64,000 bases of DNA from the human T2T-CHM13v2.0 reference genome, Homo sapiens: assembly GCF_009914755.1 (NCBI RefSeq), contig NC_060926.1. One strand, 5' to 3'. The translations under genes and the position numbers were made by a program. Positions 60,421-64,000 of the stretch are shown piece after piece (the stretch's first letter is position 1; each line of letters opens with the position of its first letter). The notes under the pieces are model-generated. The model was not told the origin of the DNA, searched no databases, and saw nothing but the letters and a program-made list of their open reading frames with translations.

Positions 60421-61728
60421 AGGGGCATGAGCAAGGCTTGGACCTGCCTAAAATGATTTTTAGGATGGGGGCAAAATAATATAAGAAGTTTTTTCTTCAA
60501 AGTCTGAGGGGTCACAGGAGTCCCAGTGATTCAGGATACACTTGAGGGGAGTGCAGGCTGCAGGTGGTTTGTTACCCACCTGAAAAGAGAGAGGGGAGAA
60601 AAGGCATGCCTTAGTCTCTCCCTTGCTAATCTTGAATTTGAAGCATCCCTCAAATCTCAGTAACTGGTACTGGCACCATGGATGGGCTCTTGCTGCTTAT
60701 GCCATGGTTGTGAGTATGACCTTCCCCCATGAAGCAGAAAGGACTAGTTGGCAGGGATAGTCATGCTTACCTGCACTCTGTCCTAGCCTTCTGTTGTTGA
60801 CTTCCTCTGGTTCCTCAGATCTAGTTTTCTTTTTAGGGCTCCAAACTGAAGCATGAAAAATACACTGGAGTAATGGTAAGGTGAAGCTATGGAAATAGAT
60901 CCTTCTCAAACAAAGGAAAGAAAAGGAACCCTGAGAACTGGGGACCTGGCCTAATAAGATGTCTTCCAAAAGGAAAAAATCAGTCCTTCACATAGAAAAG
61001 CTCCTTGTATTTTCAGGATTATGTTGATTCCTGACATGGTGGGAAAAGAAACAACTTAAATGCAGAGGAGGGAAGGTCCCTGGGGGAAGTGGTCTCTTGC
61101 ACTATGCTAATGGGTTTCTTCAACAGGGGAAAGAAAACTCTCTTAATTTTTACATCCCCCTGTTTCTAAGAATAGACAGAAACAACATGGTTCAGGTTTA
61201 CACTCCCGATAACTAAGCCAAGTATTCATTCTACCCACTAATATTATCTTTTTGGCTTGCAAAAACACTTGTAACATTGTATATAAAGAAGGGATAGAAG
61301 CCACAAGAGTCTTGAAAGAAAGAAAATGTGATAGGAAAGACTGGAAGTTTTGGTGCAACACCTGAACAGGCTGTCGGGAATTGGAGCCAATCCAGGAGTC
61401 TTCCAGTAATGTCGAGGCATGGCCTTGGCCAGATACCTTCAATTGCCCCAGGACCTTATTCTGATCCCACATGACAGCTAGAATTCTGGAAGAGAAGCTG
61501 GATTGGAATAAAGTGAACATTTCCAACACCCGAGGGTGAAGGGGGATTGACAAAATCCTCCCCTGCAAGCCTGTTCTCTGAATCTTATAGACCAGCAGCT
61601 GCACTATCCACTCTTAACTGGCTGACAAAGGCCCAGTGTTCTATCTGTTTTTGTAAAAAATCTGAGGACAAGAAGCCTCGGAATGAAAGTAAAGAGTCAT
61701 AGGTCCACTCTTACTCAAACTTTAATTG

Positions 61729-61746
61729 ATCCTGGATGAACCCCCA
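61729..61746 (-). other. ERV1 primer-binding site (tRNA-Pro)
   Basis: TGGGGGTTCATCCAGGAT versus PBS-Pro TGGGGGCTCGTCCGGGAT (3 transitions). Confidence 0.85.
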
Positions 61747-63679
61747 GAAATGTTGTGGCATTTTTGCTCGCATAGTTTGGTGAGTGGGAAGGAGTGGCAC
61801 CCAGTGGCTTCTTCACTCCCATAGCTCAGTGAGCAGGAGGGAGCGGGGCCCAGTGGCATTTTCTCTCTCTTAGCTCAGGTAGTGGAAGGGGATGTTACAG
61901 CTCTTTTACTCTCGCTGCCCACAGAATGGTGAGCATTCAAGCAGTTCAGAGATTTCTACATTCTTGTCCTGTGACCAAAAGGAATAAGGTATGTGGACAC
62001 TGGAGAGTGAGTAAGGCAGAGTAGAATTTTATTGAGCAACAGAAAGAAAGCTCTCAGAAGCAAGAGGGGACCCAAAAGCTTGTTGCCATCTGTGAAGCTG
62101 AGTCGGGTTTTTATGGGCTTAGAATGGGGGAATGAATGCTGATTGGTCCATGGGTGGGCTCGAAAAAGGCATCATTTGATGGGTTAAAAGGCATCATTCA
62201 GAAGAAATCAACTGAGAGAGAGTAGATAAGATGGGGATGGCAGTTTTCACTCTGGTCCTAGACTCTATCTGGAACTGGAAGCTCAGTTTTCAGGCTTTAG
62301 GCTATCCTTGGCTTGAAGGTCAAGTTTCACCAGGGACCCATCCCTGTCCACCTATGAATTTGTCTGTCTCCTGTATCTATCAATGGGGCACTGCCTAATA
62401 AAGCTGTGAGAAGAGGGCCACCATCCTCCAGACCTCAGAATGGTAGATCCACTGACAGCTTGCACCATGCACCTGAAAAAGCCACAGACACTTAACACCA
62501 AGCTATGGAAGCAGCTGGGAGGGGAGTTATACCCTGCAAAGCCAGAGGAATGGAGCTGCCCAAGGCCATGGGAGCCCATCTCATGCATCAGCATGACCTG
62601 GATGTGAGACATGGAGACAAAGGAGATGATTTTGGAACTTTAAGGTTTAATGACTGCCCTGTTGGAGATCAGACTTGCATGGGGCCTGTAGCCCCTTTGT
62701 TTTCACGATTTCTCCCATTTGGAATGGGAGCATTTATTCAATGTCTGTACTCCCATTGTACCTAGGAAATAACTAACTTGCTTTTGATTTTACAGGATCA
62801 TAGGTGGAAGGGACTTGCCTTGTCTCAGATGAGACTTTGGACTTGGACTCTTGAGTTAATGCTGAAATGAATTAAGACTTTGGGGGACTGTGGGAAGGTA
62901 TCATTGGTTTTGAAATATAAGAACATGAGATTTGGGAGGGGCCAGGGGCAGAATGATATGGTTAGTTTCTGTGGCCCCACCAAAATCTCATCTTGAATTG
63001 TAATCCCCATAATTCCCACATTTTGAGGGTAAAAGAGGTGGAGATAATTGACTCATAGGAGTGGTTTCCCCCATGCTGTGCTTGTGATAGTGAGTGGGTC
63101 TCACAAGATCTGATGGTTTTAGAAGTGTCTGGCATTTCCCCTTCTTGCACTCACTCTGTCCTGCTGCCCTGTGAAGAAGGTGCCTATTTCTCCTTTTCTG
63201 TCTGCCATGATAGTAAGTTTTCTGAGGTCTCCCCAGCGATCTGGAGCTGAGTCAATTAAAGCTCTTTTCTTTATAAATTGCCCAGTCTTGGGTATTTCTT
63301 CATAGCAGTGTGAGAATGGACTAATACAGGGTTGTATATCAGAAGTCATATAAAGATAGAAGAATATTAAACAGGTACATTTAAATTTTGTCATGAGGTT
63401 ATGACAAGTTACTCTGACTTCACTAAGCAAACCACCTGAGCTGTTTAGATATCTTAAGTCTAGCTAGCAAAATAAAACACTGTCTATATCAATGTAGCAG
63501 TATATGTGAAAGGGATTTGTAAATTCTGTAATGTCATAAATAGGAGTACTATTTTTGTACTAATAGAAAATTTTTAAGTGTGGCTTGTTCTTGTGGCCTG
63601 TTAACATGAATGTGATGGTAGCTACTATTACAAAATTACCACCTCTTCTCTACTCTCGAGGATGGTGATTCACTAGCAA

Positions 63680-63805
63680 CAGTTTCTCTTTAGGAACTTT
63701 GATATCAGGGAATGCCTTTCATAGTTCCGTATCCCAGGCATTTAGCCTGCTATTTGCACATTAATACATTAATACATTAATTCATTTTTTTGAATGAATT
63801 AATAA
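63680..63805 (+). mobile_element. L2 3' end
   Basis: GTATCCCAGGCATTTAGC...TTTTTGAATGAATTAAT tail. Confidence 0.55.
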
Positions 63806-64000
63806 AAACTATGTGACTGTTCTGGAAGATTCTGCCATATTCCTACTCTGTGAGTGGTGGGAGGGGGAAGCTAAAATCAAGGAGGCTTCACTTAATTATT
63901 CTTATCCATTCATCTTCTGAATACTCTTAAGAATCTTCAATTTAACCAATAGTCTTAAATAATCTTACTAAGGGTTTTTAATACATTTAATGAGTTATAA

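Larger units (their letters stand above)
48922..62382 (-). mobile_element. ERV1 (gamma-like) provirus, HUERS-P/MER52/LTR27-group; env and most of the 3'LTR deleted
   Basis: 5'LTR 61751-62382; 82-bp 3'LTR stub 48922-49003; TSD CTGG (48918-48921) / ATGG (62383-62386); gag, pro and pol remnants. Confidence 0.88.
47581..63328 (+). mobile_element. Complete THE1D MaLR element (5'LTR 47581-47959, internal 47960-48921 and 62383-62953, 3'LTR 62954-63328), split by nested ERVs
   Basis: Two THE1D-type LTRs (TGATATG...CTAATACA); 5-bp TSD GGGTT at 47576-47580 and 63329-63333; the internal halves rejoin as CCCCACTGGGGCACTGCC. Confidence 0.93.

Overview
Primate genomic DNA (human-like catarrhine: AluY-lineage copies and a HERV-K(HML-8) remnant), AT-rich and dominated by transposable elements. 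I found no convincing host protein-coding exon, RNA gene or CRISPR array, and every ORF I could assign to a family comes from a repeat. Main contents: (1) a MER52-type solo LTR at 6.0-7.8 kb; (2) a near full-length decayed L1PB4-like LINE at 13.1-20.7 kb carrying two Alus, a MER30 and a templated insertion; (3) a mosaic of old L1 fragments at 24.9-31.0 kb; (4) an L1PA15/16-like element fused by a large deletion to the env + MER11A LTR of an HML-8 provirus at 31.0-34.9 kb, where the junction puts an ATG in frame with the Env signal peptide; (5) a 15.7-kb three-tier retroviral nest at 47.6-63.3 kb: a complete THE1D (TSD GGGTT) interrupted by a tRNA-Pro-primed ERV1 provirus (TSD CTGG/ATGG), itself interrupted by a two-LTR HERV-L (TSD CATGT) and a solo MLT2A LTR. 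Family and subfamily names come from recalled consensus sequences and need RepeatMasker/Dfam confirmation. I do not see a new functional system; the best leads are structural and evolutionary.
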